DNA of 64,000 nt from an uncultured Gemmatimonadales bacterium (GCA_963726955.1 CAVSEC010000020.1:6377-70376), one strand, 5' to 3'. Positions 47,368 through 57,175 are shown, counted from the first letter of the stretch. Notes: generated from the sequence alone by a model not told the origin. Made by a program: numbers and translations.

Positions 47368-47615
47368 CGAGAGTGTTGCTCGACCCCGTCCGACCGGCCA
47401 TGCGCCCGCTGAAGTTTGCCGGCCTCGTTCTCATCGGGCTAGCCACCATCGTACTGCTGCACGGCGGAAGCTTCGTGTCGCCGCAGCACCTGCTCATGAT
47501 GGGCAACCTCACTCCGCCAGCCGGTCAGCTACAACGCATCCCCGGCTGGTTCTGTGGGCTCGGTATCCTGGCGGGGGGCGTACAGGTCATGGCCGGGGCG
47601 CGTCGCCGCGACTGA
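47364..47615 (+). CDS. Small two-TM membrane protein (DUF3185-like)
   Basis: KFAGLVLIGLATIVLL...IPGWFCGLGILAGG; ATGA overlap with the upstream gene. Confidence 0.6.
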   Translation: MTRVLLDPVRPAMRPLKFAGLVLIGLATIVLLHGGSFVSPQHLLMMGNLTPPAGQLQRIPGWFCGLGILAGGVQVMAGARRRD

Positions 47616-48127
47616 CCCGCTCGGGGATTGCCCCCGCCGGGGCGCTCGATTGAGCGAGTCCTGCCACGTGCTGATTCCCCGCATCACCAGTTCGGCACGG
47701 ATGGCGCACGGATCGGGTGCTGACGGGATGAATCGGCGACGCTCTACAACGCATTGCGGGTTCACCACGCAATCCCAATCCTCGTCCATCGAATGGCGTC
47801 AGATTCCGTCTGATCCGGCCAGCAACCCCTGCAGAAATCTGGTCGGCAGAGCGCGGCGCAACCGGTTCCGCGCACGGGCGTCCTGCCGTGCGCGTGCGAG
47901 ATTTCCCCTCCTCCTTGCGTTAGGTTCTCCAGCAGGATAAGATTCAGCCGCATTTTACGGGACCCGCTGCACAATCGAGACGGCACTCGGGGAGAAGGTG
48001 CCCTCATGGTCAGATATCCCCGCATCTCCGCCGTACCTGCGCCGACAGATCCGACACATCGTGGTCACCAGGGCTGGGATCCGCGCTGTACCATCGCAGC
48101 GGCTCCGCCGGGAGGCATGGTCACGCC

Positions 48128-48853
48128 ATGAAAAAGAAGCCCACGCGCAAACCGGTCGCCAAGGCTCCGGCTGCCCCGAGCGTCCCGGTGCCCCCATCCA
48201 TTTCGCTGGTGCTTATCGAGGACAACCGCCTGCTGCGGGAAGGAATCGCGGCGCTGATTCACAACGAGCCCGGCTTCCGGGTGCTGGCGGCGTCGGCGGA
48301 TGCCGACGAAGCGCTCAAGAAGGTCCGGGAAGCCAAGCCGGACATTGTGCTGCTCGACTTCGGTCTGGAGGATCACGACAGCCTGAGCTTGACCGCCACA
48401 GTGCACGGCGAGGTTCCTGCGGCCCGGGTGATCGTGATGGGGCTGCTGCCGATCCAGGAAGATGTCGCCAATTTTGTGCGGGCCGGAGCCTCCGGCTTCA
48501 TCATGAAGGACGCTTCCTTCGACGAATTCTTCGCCACGATCCGCGCCGTGGCCAGTGGGGCCGAGGTTCTCCCCAAGGCCCTGACGACTTCCCTCTTCGC
48601 CCAGATCGCGAAGAATGTCCCCGGCGGGGACAAGGCCAAGCGCCTGGATGCGGTCCGCCTCACGAGTCGGGAAACCGAGGTCATCGCGCTGCTCGGCGAA
48701 GGACTCAGCAACAAGGAGATCGCCCTCCGGATGCACATCGCGGTCCATACCGTGAAGAGCCACGTCCACAATATTCTGGAGAAGCTGGCGCTGCACACCC
48801 GCCTGGAGGTCGCCGCCTTTTCCCACTCCGGGGGCGCGCCGCGGTTCGCCTAG
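48128..48853 (+). CDS. NarL/LuxR-family response regulator
   Basis: IEDN acidic pocket, VLLDFG phospho-Asp, FIMK, and HTH LTSRETEVIALLGEGLSNKEIA...TVKSHVHNILEKL. Confidence 0.95.
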   Translation: MKKKPTRKPVAKAPAAPSVPVPPSISLVLIEDNRLLREGIAALIHNEPGFRVLAASADADEALKKVREAKPDIVLLDFGLEDHDSLSLTATVHGEVPAARVIVMGLLPIQEDVANFVRAGASGFIMKDASFDEFFATIRAVASGAEVLPKALTTSLFAQIAKNVPGGDKAKRLDAVRLTSRETEVIALLGEGLSNKEIALRMHIAVHTVKSHVHNILEKLALHTRLEVAAFSHSGGAPRFA

Positions 48854-49057
48854 TCGTCCCGACGCATCGCAGGCCCAATCCTTCGAGCGAGCTTCCGCGT
48901 GGTCCGCTTGAGCGATTGGCACTCCGCTTCTTCCCTCTCACATTCCCAGCAGTGCACGTCGCCCAGCGGCGGCATCCGACCGCGGGTGGCCAGGGAGGCT
49001 GGGATCTCGAGGCTCCGGTCAGCCCCGTCTCCCAACCCCGACACCCGATCAGCCAGG

Positions 49058-49723
49058 ATGAACAGGGATATCTCGCTCGTTCTCGTGGGTGATGGTGCGA
49101 CACCGGAAACCGGGGTCGCCTCCCGCATCCGTGCCCAGCCCGGATTCCATGTGGTCGCCTCCCTCACGGATATCGCGGCGGTCCTCGAGCAGGTGTGCCG
49201 TTCCCGGCCCGACATCGTCCTGCTGAACCTGCAGCAGACCGGCGACGATACCCAGACGCTGGCGGGCGCGCTGCACGGCAGTGCCCCGGGATCGCGCGTG
49301 ATCCTGATGGGCCTGGAAGCGCCTCAGAAGGATGTCGCGCGTTTCCTCCGGGCCGGGGTCGCGGGATTCATCATGGCGGGCGCGTCCTTCGACGACTTTC
49401 TCACGACCATTCACTCGGTGGTCGACGGGATCCCGGTCCTCCCGCCCGATCTGACCTGCTCCCTCTTCGGCCAGCTCCGACGGTACGGGGTCCTCGGGCG
49501 ACCGAAGCGGGTGCCGGATGTCATGCGGCTCACCGCACGGGAACGTCAGGTCGCCGGCCTGATCGTCGAGGGAATGACCAACCGGGCGATTGCAACCCGG
49601 CTGCAGATCGCCCTCCACACTGTAAAAACCCACGTCCACCGGGTCCTGGCCAAGCTCGAGGTCAACAGCCGTATCGAGATCGCCGCCTTCTCTACCGCCC
49701 TTCTCCCTGACGCCTCGATGTAG
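49058..49723 (+). CDS. NarL/LuxR-family regulator with degenerate (pseudo-)receiver domain
   Basis: Paralog of the upstream gene. VLLNLQ has Asn at the phospho site and FIMAG lacks the Lys; the HTH LTARERQV...TVKTHVHRVLAKL is intact. Confidence 0.9.
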   Translation: MNRDISLVLVGDGATPETGVASRIRAQPGFHVVASLTDIAAVLEQVCRSRPDIVLLNLQQTGDDTQTLAGALHGSAPGSRVILMGLEAPQKDVARFLRAGVAGFIMAGASFDDFLTTIHSVVDGIPVLPPDLTCSLFGQLRRYGVLGRPKRVPDVMRLTARERQVAGLIVEGMTNRAIATRLQIALHTVKTHVHRVLAKLEVNSRIEIAAFSTALLPDASM

Positions 49724-49861
49724 CCGAGCCGGTCGAAAGGCCGGCATCAGTGGCATGCGAAGCGCCGCGCGGTCGTCAGGCGGCCTCTCGGACCGGCACT
49801 GTCAGACAGGGTCGCCCCCGCGAACGCAAGGCCTCGGCGCGACCCGGGGTGACAATAGTGT

Positions 49862-49890
49862 TCGACTTCGCGCGTACCACTCGTTAGAAT
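49862..49890 (+). promoter_or_regulatory. Candidate sigma70 promoter of the desaturase
   Basis: TCGACT-17 nt-TAGAAT, about 145 nt upstream of ATG 50036. Confidence 0.45.
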
Positions 49891-50035
49891 TCTTCCAGTC
49901 AGTGAGGCGCGTCGGCGGCCTCTGGCCGGCCTTTATTCATGAATCGGGCCGTCGGCGGCACCTGAAACGACATCGAGACCCTGCAGCTCGGCAGCGTCGC
50001 GCAACTACAGTGAGCGCAGGGAGCCTGGGGACATC

Positions 50036-51163
50036 ATGGATGCATCAAAGGTCGCCTTCCCCAGCCGGGAAGCTGCCGAGTTTGTCCGCGAGGTAAAGGC
50101 GGGTGTGGCGGAGTACTTCGAAACCAGCCGACGCTCCTCCAAGGGCGGCTGGTCGATGTGGCTGAAGACCGTGCTGCTCCTCGGTCTGACGATCGTGCCC
50201 TACGCGCTCATCATGACCAACCGCTACTCCCCGTGGGCCATGCTCGGCCTCGCGGGGCTGCTCGGCGTTGGTGTGGCCGGCGTGGGATTCAGCGTCGCCC
50301 ACGACGCGCTGCACGGCGCCTATTCCGACAGCCCCACCGTCAACTACCTCCTCGGACTCAGCTTCGATCTCCTCGGCGCCAACAGCTACATGTGGAAGAT
50401 CACCCACAATGTGATTCACCACACCTACACCAATATCGACGGCGTCGACGAGGACATCGATCTCTCCCCGTTCGTCCGGCTGTCCCCCGGCAGCCCCCCC
50501 GGGCGTCGCTACCGTTACCAGCACCTGTACGCCTTTTTCGCCTACGGGATGGCGATGCTCTTCTGGGTCTTCGTCAAGGACTACCGGTACTTCCTCAAGG
50601 CAAACCTCGGCCCGTATCAGGGTCGGAAGCACCCCCCGCGTGAAGTCGTGATGCTGATCCTCACCAAGCTGCTCCACTACGGCTGGACGATCGTACTGCC
50701 GCTGCTGGTGCTGCACATCGCCTGGTGGCAGTTCCTGATCGGGTACTTCACCATGAATCTGACCGCCGGGGCCATCCTCGGCATCATCTTCCAGTTGGCG
50801 CACGTCGTGGAGGGCACCGTCTACCCCGAGCCAGCGCCTGACGGAAGCATGGCCAACACCTGGCTGGTGCATCAGATGATGACCACGTCCAACTTCGCAC
50901 CGCGGAATCATCTGCTGTCCTGGTACGTGGGCGGGCTGAACTACCAGATCGAACACCACCTCTTCCCCAAGGTCTGCAGCGTGCACTATCCGGCGATCAG
51001 CGGCATCGTCCGCCGGGTGGCCAAGGCGCACGGGGTGCCCTATCACGAGCAGCCTACGCTGCTGCGTGCGATCCGCTCCCACTACCGGATGCTCAAGCAG
51101 CTGGGACGGGACGGAATGACCTTGGGAGGTCCGGAACGGATGTCGGGCGCGGTCGCGAGGTGA
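50036..51163 (+). CDS. Membrane fatty-acid desaturase (linoleoyl-CoA/delta-6-like family)
   Basis: His boxes HDALH, HNVIHH and QIEHH; TM segments. Confidence 0.95.
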   Translation: MDASKVAFPSREAAEFVREVKAGVAEYFETSRRSSKGGWSMWLKTVLLLGLTIVPYALIMTNRYSPWAMLGLAGLLGVGVAGVGFSVAHDALHGAYSDSPTVNYLLGLSFDLLGANSYMWKITHNVIHHTYTNIDGVDEDIDLSPFVRLSPGSPPGRRYRYQHLYAFFAYGMAMLFWVFVKDYRYFLKANLGPYQGRKHPPREVVMLILTKLLHYGWTIVLPLLVLHIAWWQFLIGYFTMNLTAGAILGIIFQLAHVVEGTVYPEPAPDGSMANTWLVHQMMTTSNFAPRNHLLSWYVGGLNYQIEHHLFPKVCSVHYPAISGIVRRVAKAHGVPYHEQPTLLRAIRSHYRMLKQLGRDGMTLGGPERMSGAVAR

Positions 51164-51522
51164 CGTAGTGACTGGGTGAGACCCCAGGACGGCGCGGGAG
51201 GATACTCGACCCGCCGTCGCAGAGCATCGGGTATCAAGTGCTCGATCCGATCGACACGCTCCAAGGGTCACCACCGAGGACCCACGGCCTGGACGGCCTC
51301 ACTCAGCCACCTGCATTCCCGCCGCCCATTCCTGCGACATCGTGAGCGTCGGTATCGAATGGGGCGTGAGGCGATTCCGCCTCCACCCCCCGGCGGACTG
51401 ATCGCGCCGGAGCAGACCTGACCCACGCGTCAGCACGCCCGTATCACCCGCCCCGCCTCCGCCTCACACAGCCCAACGACCACGTCCGTGATTAGCCCCT
51501 GAACGCCGGGTGCGCTGAAGCC

Positions 51523-53028
51523 TCACGGCATCAATCGAGGATGGCGGAGGGGCTTTCCCTCGCGCGCCAGCACCCGCGCGAGCTGATCCACACCCCGCCT
51601 CAGCTCCTGCGTGTCCACCGCGGCGAATCCGAGCTGCAGGCCTTCTCGCGGCAGCGGTCGGCGCGCGTAGCTGCTCAGCAGCGTCACCGCCACGTGCCGC
51701 TCCGCGGCAGCGGCTGCCACTGCGGCGCCATTCACCCCCTCCGATAGCCAACCCACAGTCTGGAGGCCGGCCTCGACCGGGGAAATCTCAAGCAGACCGC
51801 CGAGCCGCTGGGCCGCGGACTCGAGCAGGACTGCGAGGCGCTCGGCGTAGATCTCCCGCATCCGCCGGAGGTGCCGTCCAAAGTGCCCCTCGGCGATGAA
51901 GTCGGCGAGCACCGCCTGCGCCAGAAGCGGCGCGTGGCGACTGGTGATCGAGAGCGTCGCCCGCACCATCGCGACGAGATCCTCCGGCACCACGAGGTAA
52001 CCGATCCGCAGCGAAGGAAACAGCACCTTGCTGAAGCTTCCCGCGAAGAGCACCACGCCGCCACGATCGAGCCCCTGCATCGCGGGCAGCGGCCGACCCG
52101 CGTAGCGATATTCGCTGTCGTAGTCGTCCTCGAGGATCATCGCCCGGGATGCCCGGGCCCATTCGAGCAGCGCCAGCCGCCGCCGGAGACTCATCCCGAT
52201 CCCGACCGGGAACTGGTGTCCTGGCGTGACGTAGACCAGCTTCGCGTTCCGCGCACGGGTGCCGGGAAGCGTCATCCCTTCGGCGTCGAGCGGCAGCGAT
52301 TCGATCCGTGCACCGTGGGCCTCGAACACCAATGCCGCACCGGTATAACCTGGATGCTCCATGCAGACCTGGTCGCCGGGATCGAGGACCAGGCGCGCCG
52401 CGATATCCAGAGCTTCCTGCACTCCCGAGACGATCACGACCTGCGCCGGCACGCACTGCACGCCGCGTGAGGTCCGGAGGTACTCCGCCACCGCTTCCTG
52501 CAACGGCCGATAGCCCGTCGGATCGGTGCCCAGTAACTGGGCGGTGGTGGCGCGCCGGAGACGGCGGGTGGTGACCTGGGCCCACAACGTGGTGGGAAAG
52601 AGATCGAGGGCGGGGAGATTGGCCCGAAAGGCACGCACGGGACTCATGGAGTAGCCGGGAAAGAGCTGCACTCGGCGCGCGTAGACGGAGACCCGCCGCT
52701 CCACGGCGGGTCTTGGCGCAGACGGCGCACCTGTCGTCCGCCGCACCTGCAGCAGGTCGTCCGGCAGGACTTCGCGCACAAAGGTCCCGGACCCCACACT
52801 CCCCTGGATGTAGCCCTCCCCTTCCAGCTGTTGATAGGCACTCACGATGGTCCCTCGCGAGAGCCCATACTGCCGAGCGAGGTCACGCGTGGCCGGAAGC
52901 CGGGCGCCGGGAGCGAGCCGTCGCTCGAGGATCTCGGCGCGGAGCGCACCGACGAGCCATCGGCCCGCGGCGAGACGCGGCTCCCGAGGGGCCAGGACCA
53001 GTTCGAGCGTCGTGATGCGCTTGGGCAT
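51523..53028 (-). CDS. MocR/GabR-family regulator (GntR HTH plus PLP aminotransferase domain)
   Basis: LAPGARLPATRDLARQYGLSRGTI HTH; YVTPGHQFP, EDDYDSE, GSFSKVLFPSLRIG. Confidence 0.95.
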   Translation of the reverse strand: MPKRITTLELVLAPREPRLAAGRWLVGALRAEILERRLAPGARLPATRDLARQYGLSRGTIVSAYQQLEGEGYIQGSVGSGTFVREVLPDDLLQVRRTTGAPSAPRPAVERRVSVYARRVQLFPGYSMSPVRAFRANLPALDLFPTTLWAQVTTRRLRRATTAQLLGTDPTGYRPLQEAVAEYLRTSRGVQCVPAQVVIVSGVQEALDIAARLVLDPGDQVCMEHPGYTGAALVFEAHGARIESLPLDAEGMTLPGTRARNAKLVYVTPGHQFPVGIGMSLRRRLALLEWARASRAMILEDDYDSEYRYAGRPLPAMQGLDRGGVVLFAGSFSKVLFPSLRIGYLVVPEDLVAMVRATLSITSRHAPLLAQAVLADFIAEGHFGRHLRRMREIYAERLAVLLESAAQRLGGLLEISPVEAGLQTVGWLSEGVNGAAVAAAAAERHVAVTLLSSYARRPLPREGLQLGFAAVDTQELRRGVDQLARVLAREGKPLRHPRLMP

Positions 53029-53031
53029 GAG

Positions 53032-53089
53032 TGGTACATGGAAAATATGGAAAATGGATCTATCTGCTAGACCATCTTGCTCCTATCAT
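53032..53089 (+). promoter_or_regulatory. Probable MocR operator and divergent promoter
   Basis: AT-rich spacer with TGGTAC (53032) and TGGATC (53055) 23 bp apart, inverted GACCA (53070), ATGGAAAAT x2, and -10-like TATCAT at 53084. Confidence 0.55.
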
Positions 53090-53110
53090 GGGGGCCAGGA
53101 GGTGGCCACC

Positions 53111-53581
53111 ATGCCCCAGGTATTGACCCGTGCACAACTCCTCGCCTTCGCCACACTGCCGCTCATCGGATGTGGTGCCCCAGCGCTCCGGGCGGCGAAG
53201 CAGGAGCCGACAATCACCGCCGGCCCGGCGCGCATCGCCTTCAGCCACCCGTTGCCGCCCCTCGACGGCGAGCACCTGGTAGTGACTGTCGTCGAGGTGC
53301 GCTACGCGCCCGGCGCCGCTTCCACACCGCACCAGCACCCCTGTCCCGTCGTGGGCTACATCCTCGAGGGGGCATTCCGGAGTCGAGTGCTGGGCGAGCG
53401 TGAGACCACCTACACGGCTGGGCAGAGTTTCTACGAGTCACCCAACGCCGTGCACCAGGTGTCCGCCAACGCGAGCGCTACCGCACCGGTGCGCTTCCTC
53501 GCCTCCTTCACCTGCGACCACGAGACACCGCTCTCGGTCGCCGCTCCAGAGGTCGGGGCCGGTCTCGGGAGGCAGCCATGA
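53111..53581 (+). CDS. Cupin-domain protein (probable lipoprotein)
   Basis: YAPGAASTPHQHP..GYILEG...FYESPNAVHQVSAN; LIGC lipobox-like; SD GGAGG. Confidence 0.88.
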   Translation: MPQVLTRAQLLAFATLPLIGCGAPALRAAKQEPTITAGPARIAFSHPLPPLDGEHLVVTVVEVRYAPGAASTPHQHPCPVVGYILEGAFRSRVLGERETTYTAGQSFYESPNAVHQVSANASATAPVRFLASFTCDHETPLSVAAPEVGAGLGRQP

Positions 53582-53686
53582 GATGGGTCATGCGTTACAC
53601 CCGTCTCACGCGTGCTGCCGCGTTTCTCTCCGGCGATGCCTCGCGTGACGTTGGCCTTGTTCTTCATCCCATCGGGAGTACGCACC

Positions 53687-54151
53687 ATGACGCCACGTAT
53701 CAACTACGCCAAGGTCGCCCCTGGCATCTACGAGGCGATGGACAGCCTCGACACCTACCTGAGCGGCGCGGGCATCGAGGAGTCGCTGCTCCAGCTGGTG
53801 CGGCTCCGCGCCTCGCAGATCAACGGCTGCGCCTACTGTCTCGATATGCACTGGAAGGATCTGCGGGCCCTCGGCGAGAGTGAACAGCGGCTCTACTCGC
53901 TTGATGCCTGGCGTGAAAGCCCCTGCTACACCGAGCGGGAGCGGGCTGCGCTGGCCTGGACCGAGGCAGTCACCAGCATCACCGACGGCCACGTACCCGA
54001 CCCTGTGGTGGAAGCAACCCGGCGGCAACTCACCGAGAGGGAGCTGGCGGATCTCACCCTGGCCGTCGCCGCGATCAATGCATGGAATCGGCTTTCGATC
54101 GCGGCTCGCCTGACCCCGGGCGCCTACCAGCCCGCCGTCCCCACGACGTGA
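53687..54151 (+). CDS. Carboxymuconolactone decarboxylase/AhpD-family protein
   Basis: LVRLRASQINGCAYCLDMH, ERERAALAWTEAVT, INAWNRL. Confidence 0.93.
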   Translation: MTPRINYAKVAPGIYEAMDSLDTYLSGAGIEESLLQLVRLRASQINGCAYCLDMHWKDLRALGESEQRLYSLDAWRESPCYTERERAALAWTEAVTSITDGHVPDPVVEATRRQLTERELADLTLAVAAINAWNRLSIAARLTPGAYQPAVPTT

Positions 54152-54239
54152 GGTCCTGTCGAGGAACGCGCCTCGGCCGTCGGCCCCATCCCGGACGCCG
54201 GGGGCGCTGGATCAGGCGGGACGGCGCGTGGCGCTGCGG

Positions 54240-55778
54240 TCAGCGGCGGTCGACATCCGTCCTCCGCTGGTACAACAATCCCTGCGGAGAGCTGAATACC
54301 GGGCGATAGTGCTCCATCAGCAGCCGGTGCAGCAGGACGAAGTGGGCGATCGGATACTTCGGGGGATAGTACGCCGCCTCGGTATCGAAGATGTACCTGG
54401 GCGGATGTCGAGCGATGTCTTCCTCGAAGCGGGCCCATGCACCCGGGAGCACGCGCGCCTGGGTGTCCTCCCGAGCGGGGTCATGATTCCATGGACTGCC
54501 GAAGATGTAGCCCGTCAGCGGAAAGAAGGCGATGTATCGCGAGGCTGGCCGGAGGTCGGCGTGCAGGTAGAACTTCGGATACTGCCCCCACACAAAGAGC
54601 CGGTCCCCGGCGGCCGAGGTACGGCGGATGTACTGGTCGACCGTGCCCTGGCCGAGGGGCTCCGGGGCCTCGATGAAATTGACCACCAGGAAGATGGCCG
54701 CACAGAGGACGGTGCCCCGCAGGGTCCAGATTGCCTGGGGCGACCGCTGATCCCCGTACCACGCCGCGGCAAACCAGGGCGCCGCCAGCAGGACGAGTGG
54801 TGGCAGCAGTTGGATGTAGTAGTAATCGAAGAAACGTCCGCTCGCCGCCGTTCCCACCGCCGAGACCGCCAGGAAGACGATCAGCGCCATGCGCTCGGCC
54901 TCGCGGCCCGTCCAGAGGGTGGCGGCGCGCAGGCTCTGAACCACCCCGAACAGCAGCGGCGCACAACAGAGCGAGAAGATGAGCGTCATCCGTCCACCTC
55001 GCGCCCAGAAGACGGCGCTCCGTATGCCATACGTGACGCCGTGGTCGAGCACCGACCAGTACAGCGCCTCGCGGAAGTTGCCCTGGCGCTGAAGCATCAG
55101 CGCCGCCACGGCGAAGGTGCCCGCGAAGCCGAGGCAGAGCCACGCCGCGTGGACGAGGCTGTGCACCCACTCGAGCCCGCGTGACCGACGATATCCGGGC
55201 AGCAGCACGTAGATGCCGAGTGCGAGGCCGGCGATCCCCGCTGGCTGCTTGAGGAGAAAGCCCAGGGCGGGCATCGCGCCGGCGAGCAGCAGCTCCGGCC
55301 GCCAGCGGGATCGACCGCGAAAGGCGATGGCGATGCCCAGCACCACCGGCAGGTTCATCAGCACCTCGCCGTTGAAGGCGAGGTTGACCATATCCCAGAA
55401 TGTCTGAAAAACAGGGTAGAGGAGGGCGGCAACTACTCCTGCTCGTGCTCCCGCAACGGTGCATCCGACGAGATACAGCGCACCCATCGTGGCCAGCACC
55501 CAGATCACCCCCACGACATGCAGCGCCAGCCAGTTGTGAGTGCCGAAGTTGCGCAGGATCTCCTGGTAGACCCAGAACAGGAGGGGAGGCTTTCGGTCGA
55601 TGACGTCGACGTAGAGCCGCCCCCCTGCCAGCATCTCTCGCGCGGCCACGACATAGACCGCCTCATCCTGGATGGTCGACTCGCTGAGCAGGGCGGGGAG
55701 GTGGGTGACGAGCAGCACGGCCACCAGGCCGGAGAGGACCCGCGCCTGTCGCGGTGCATGCCACATCGCGTCAGCCAT
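54240..55778 (-). CDS. GT-C fold membrane glycosyltransferase (GT39/ArnT/PMT-like)
   Basis: DEAVY, LYVDVIDRKPPLLFW, NGEVLMNLP, LLKQPAG; multiple TM segments. Start uncertain. Confidence 0.85.
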   Translation of the reverse strand: MADAMWHAPRQARVLSGLVAVLLVTHLPALLSESTIQDEAVYVVAAREMLAGGRLYVDVIDRKPPLLFWVYQEILRNFGTHNWLALHVVGVIWVLATMGALYLVGCTVAGARAGVVAALLYPVFQTFWDMVNLAFNGEVLMNLPVVLGIAIAFRGRSRWRPELLLAGAMPALGFLLKQPAGIAGLALGIYVLLPGYRRSRGLEWVHSLVHAAWLCLGFAGTFAVAALMLQRQGNFREALYWSVLDHGVTYGIRSAVFWARGGRMTLIFSLCCAPLLFGVVQSLRAATLWTGREAERMALIVFLAVSAVGTAASGRFFDYYYIQLLPPLVLLAAPWFAAAWYGDQRSPQAIWTLRGTVLCAAIFLVVNFIEAPEPLGQGTVDQYIRRTSAAGDRLFVWGQYPKFYLHADLRPASRYIAFFPLTGYIFGSPWNHDPAREDTQARVLPGAWARFEEDIARHPPRYIFDTEAAYYPPKYPIAHFVLLHRLLMEHYRPVFSSPQGLLYQRRTDVDRR

Positions 55779-55958
55779 TCTGTCGGCGCAACCCATCGAC
55801 CGGGAGCGGCCGGTTTACCATCGCTGCCCCGCCGTGATACCGTCCGCCCGATCGTCGTTGGGGAGGCGCGCAGCATCGCCGGCGGAGCCACGCGCCGGCG
55901 GAGGTGGGGCGGTCAGCAGCGATCGATGGCTGGGGGGTACTCACATGATTGCTCCCGC

Positions 55959-56351
55959 TTATCCCTCGGTCCGGTTGGGGTCGGCGCAGCCGGGGCAGAC
56001 GCCGTAGTCCAGGTCGTCCGCGGCCTGCTCCTGAAAGAAATCGGTGATTGAGGTCCACTCCCCCCGCCGGTGAATGCGCTGACAGGATGGGCAGAACTTG
56101 AGAAACGATTCGGCGTGGGCCAGTCGCCGCAGCAGCGTGTTTGTCACAACGATACTCGTCGCGGCGACCAGCGACAGGAGCAGAAATTCGAACCCCGCCT
56201 CCTCCGGCCGGAATGGACTGGGGTGTGCGTGGAAGAGGAGTCGGGGCAGATCGATCGCTTCGTCCAGCCAGATGACCAGTCCCACCAGGATGAAGCCGAG
56301 CGCCTGGAGACCGATGGCCCAGCGGCGAAGGACGTCAAGGCGGGTGTGCAT
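55959..56351 (-). CDS. Small two-TM protein with C-terminal CxxC...GxCPxC motif
   Basis: FLKFCPSCQRIH..GEW...DYGVCPGC. Confidence 0.75.
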   Translation of the reverse strand: MHTRLDVLRRWAIGLQALGFILVGLVIWLDEAIDLPRLLFHAHPSPFRPEEAGFEFLLLSLVAATSIVVTNTLLRRLAHAESFLKFCPSCQRIHRRGEWTSITDFFQEQAADDLDYGVCPGCADPNRTEG

Positions 56352-56566
56352 GGGGCGGGACCTCGGGCGGAACGGGAGCTGAGCTGCGGGTGTGCAGGAG
56401 GTGTCCGCTCCTCCAGTCACGGCGACGAGTCAGGGCGAATCAGGCAGCACAGGCCACACGAACCGATCCGTCATGGTTCCGAGGGAGCGGTGATCGCAGT
56501 GGTCGCGATCCGCCGCCGCCCCATGGCAGAGGCCGACGCAAGATTGATCTCCCGCCACGCCACGCC

Positions 56567-57046
56567 TCAGGAAGATTCCCCCGCGGCGTACGGTGACGCA
56601 TCCGGGGCTGGGTGCCGCTGTCGAAACGTGAATGCGGCCGCCGTCGGACCATGCCGGCGGAGCTGCTCCAGGCGGTCGACCGCCTCCGCAATGGTGGGTC
56701 GATGACCGCCAGGCACCCACCAGAGCACCGTGAACGGCAGCTCCATTCGTTCGAACCACTCGCGGCGGTGTCGCATCACCTCAGCGTGGAGCGTGCCAAA
56801 GACGAACTCGTGCAGCACCTCGGCGTCCTCCCAGACCGAGAAGTTGACCAGGATCCGATCGTCGTCGTAGTGCCGGACCGCCGTTGCGTCGCCCTCTGGA
56901 GTCTGAAACCGCCACACGAATCCCGGCGCGGCATCGGCCAGCGCATTCACCGCCGCGAGACGCGCGACGAATCCGGCCAGCTGGGGGGAGTCGAGGGGTG
57001 CCAGCAGGCGGGCGATGTTGAGCTGGGCGAGGTGGTAACGGGACAC
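56567..57046 (-). CDS. DUF3291-domain protein
   Basis: HLAQLNIARLLAPLDSP...VNALADAAPGFVWR...VNFSVWE...HRREWF...VLWWVPGGHRPT. Confidence 0.9.
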   Translation of the reverse strand: MSRYHLAQLNIARLLAPLDSPQLAGFVARLAAVNALADAAPGFVWRFQTPEGDATAVRHYDDDRILVNFSVWEDAEVLHEFVFGTLHAEVMRHRREWFERMELPFTVLWWVPGGHRPTIAEAVDRLEQLRRHGPTAAAFTFRQRHPAPDASPYAAGESS

Positions 57047-57175
57047 ACAGAGGAGGGTAATGCGGCGCCCGCGGGGAGGGGAGCCCGGAGCACCAGCCAG
57101 CAGCGTGACAGCGCCACCAGACCGGATGCTCAGCCGTCAAACGTAGGGCAGCGTACTCGGACAGCTCGTCCTGTA

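Noticed and set aside
46030-48127. tRNA, att site or prophage remnant in the lower-GC spacers
   Set aside because: No cloverleaf or T-loop motif, integrase, transposase or terminal repeats were recognised.
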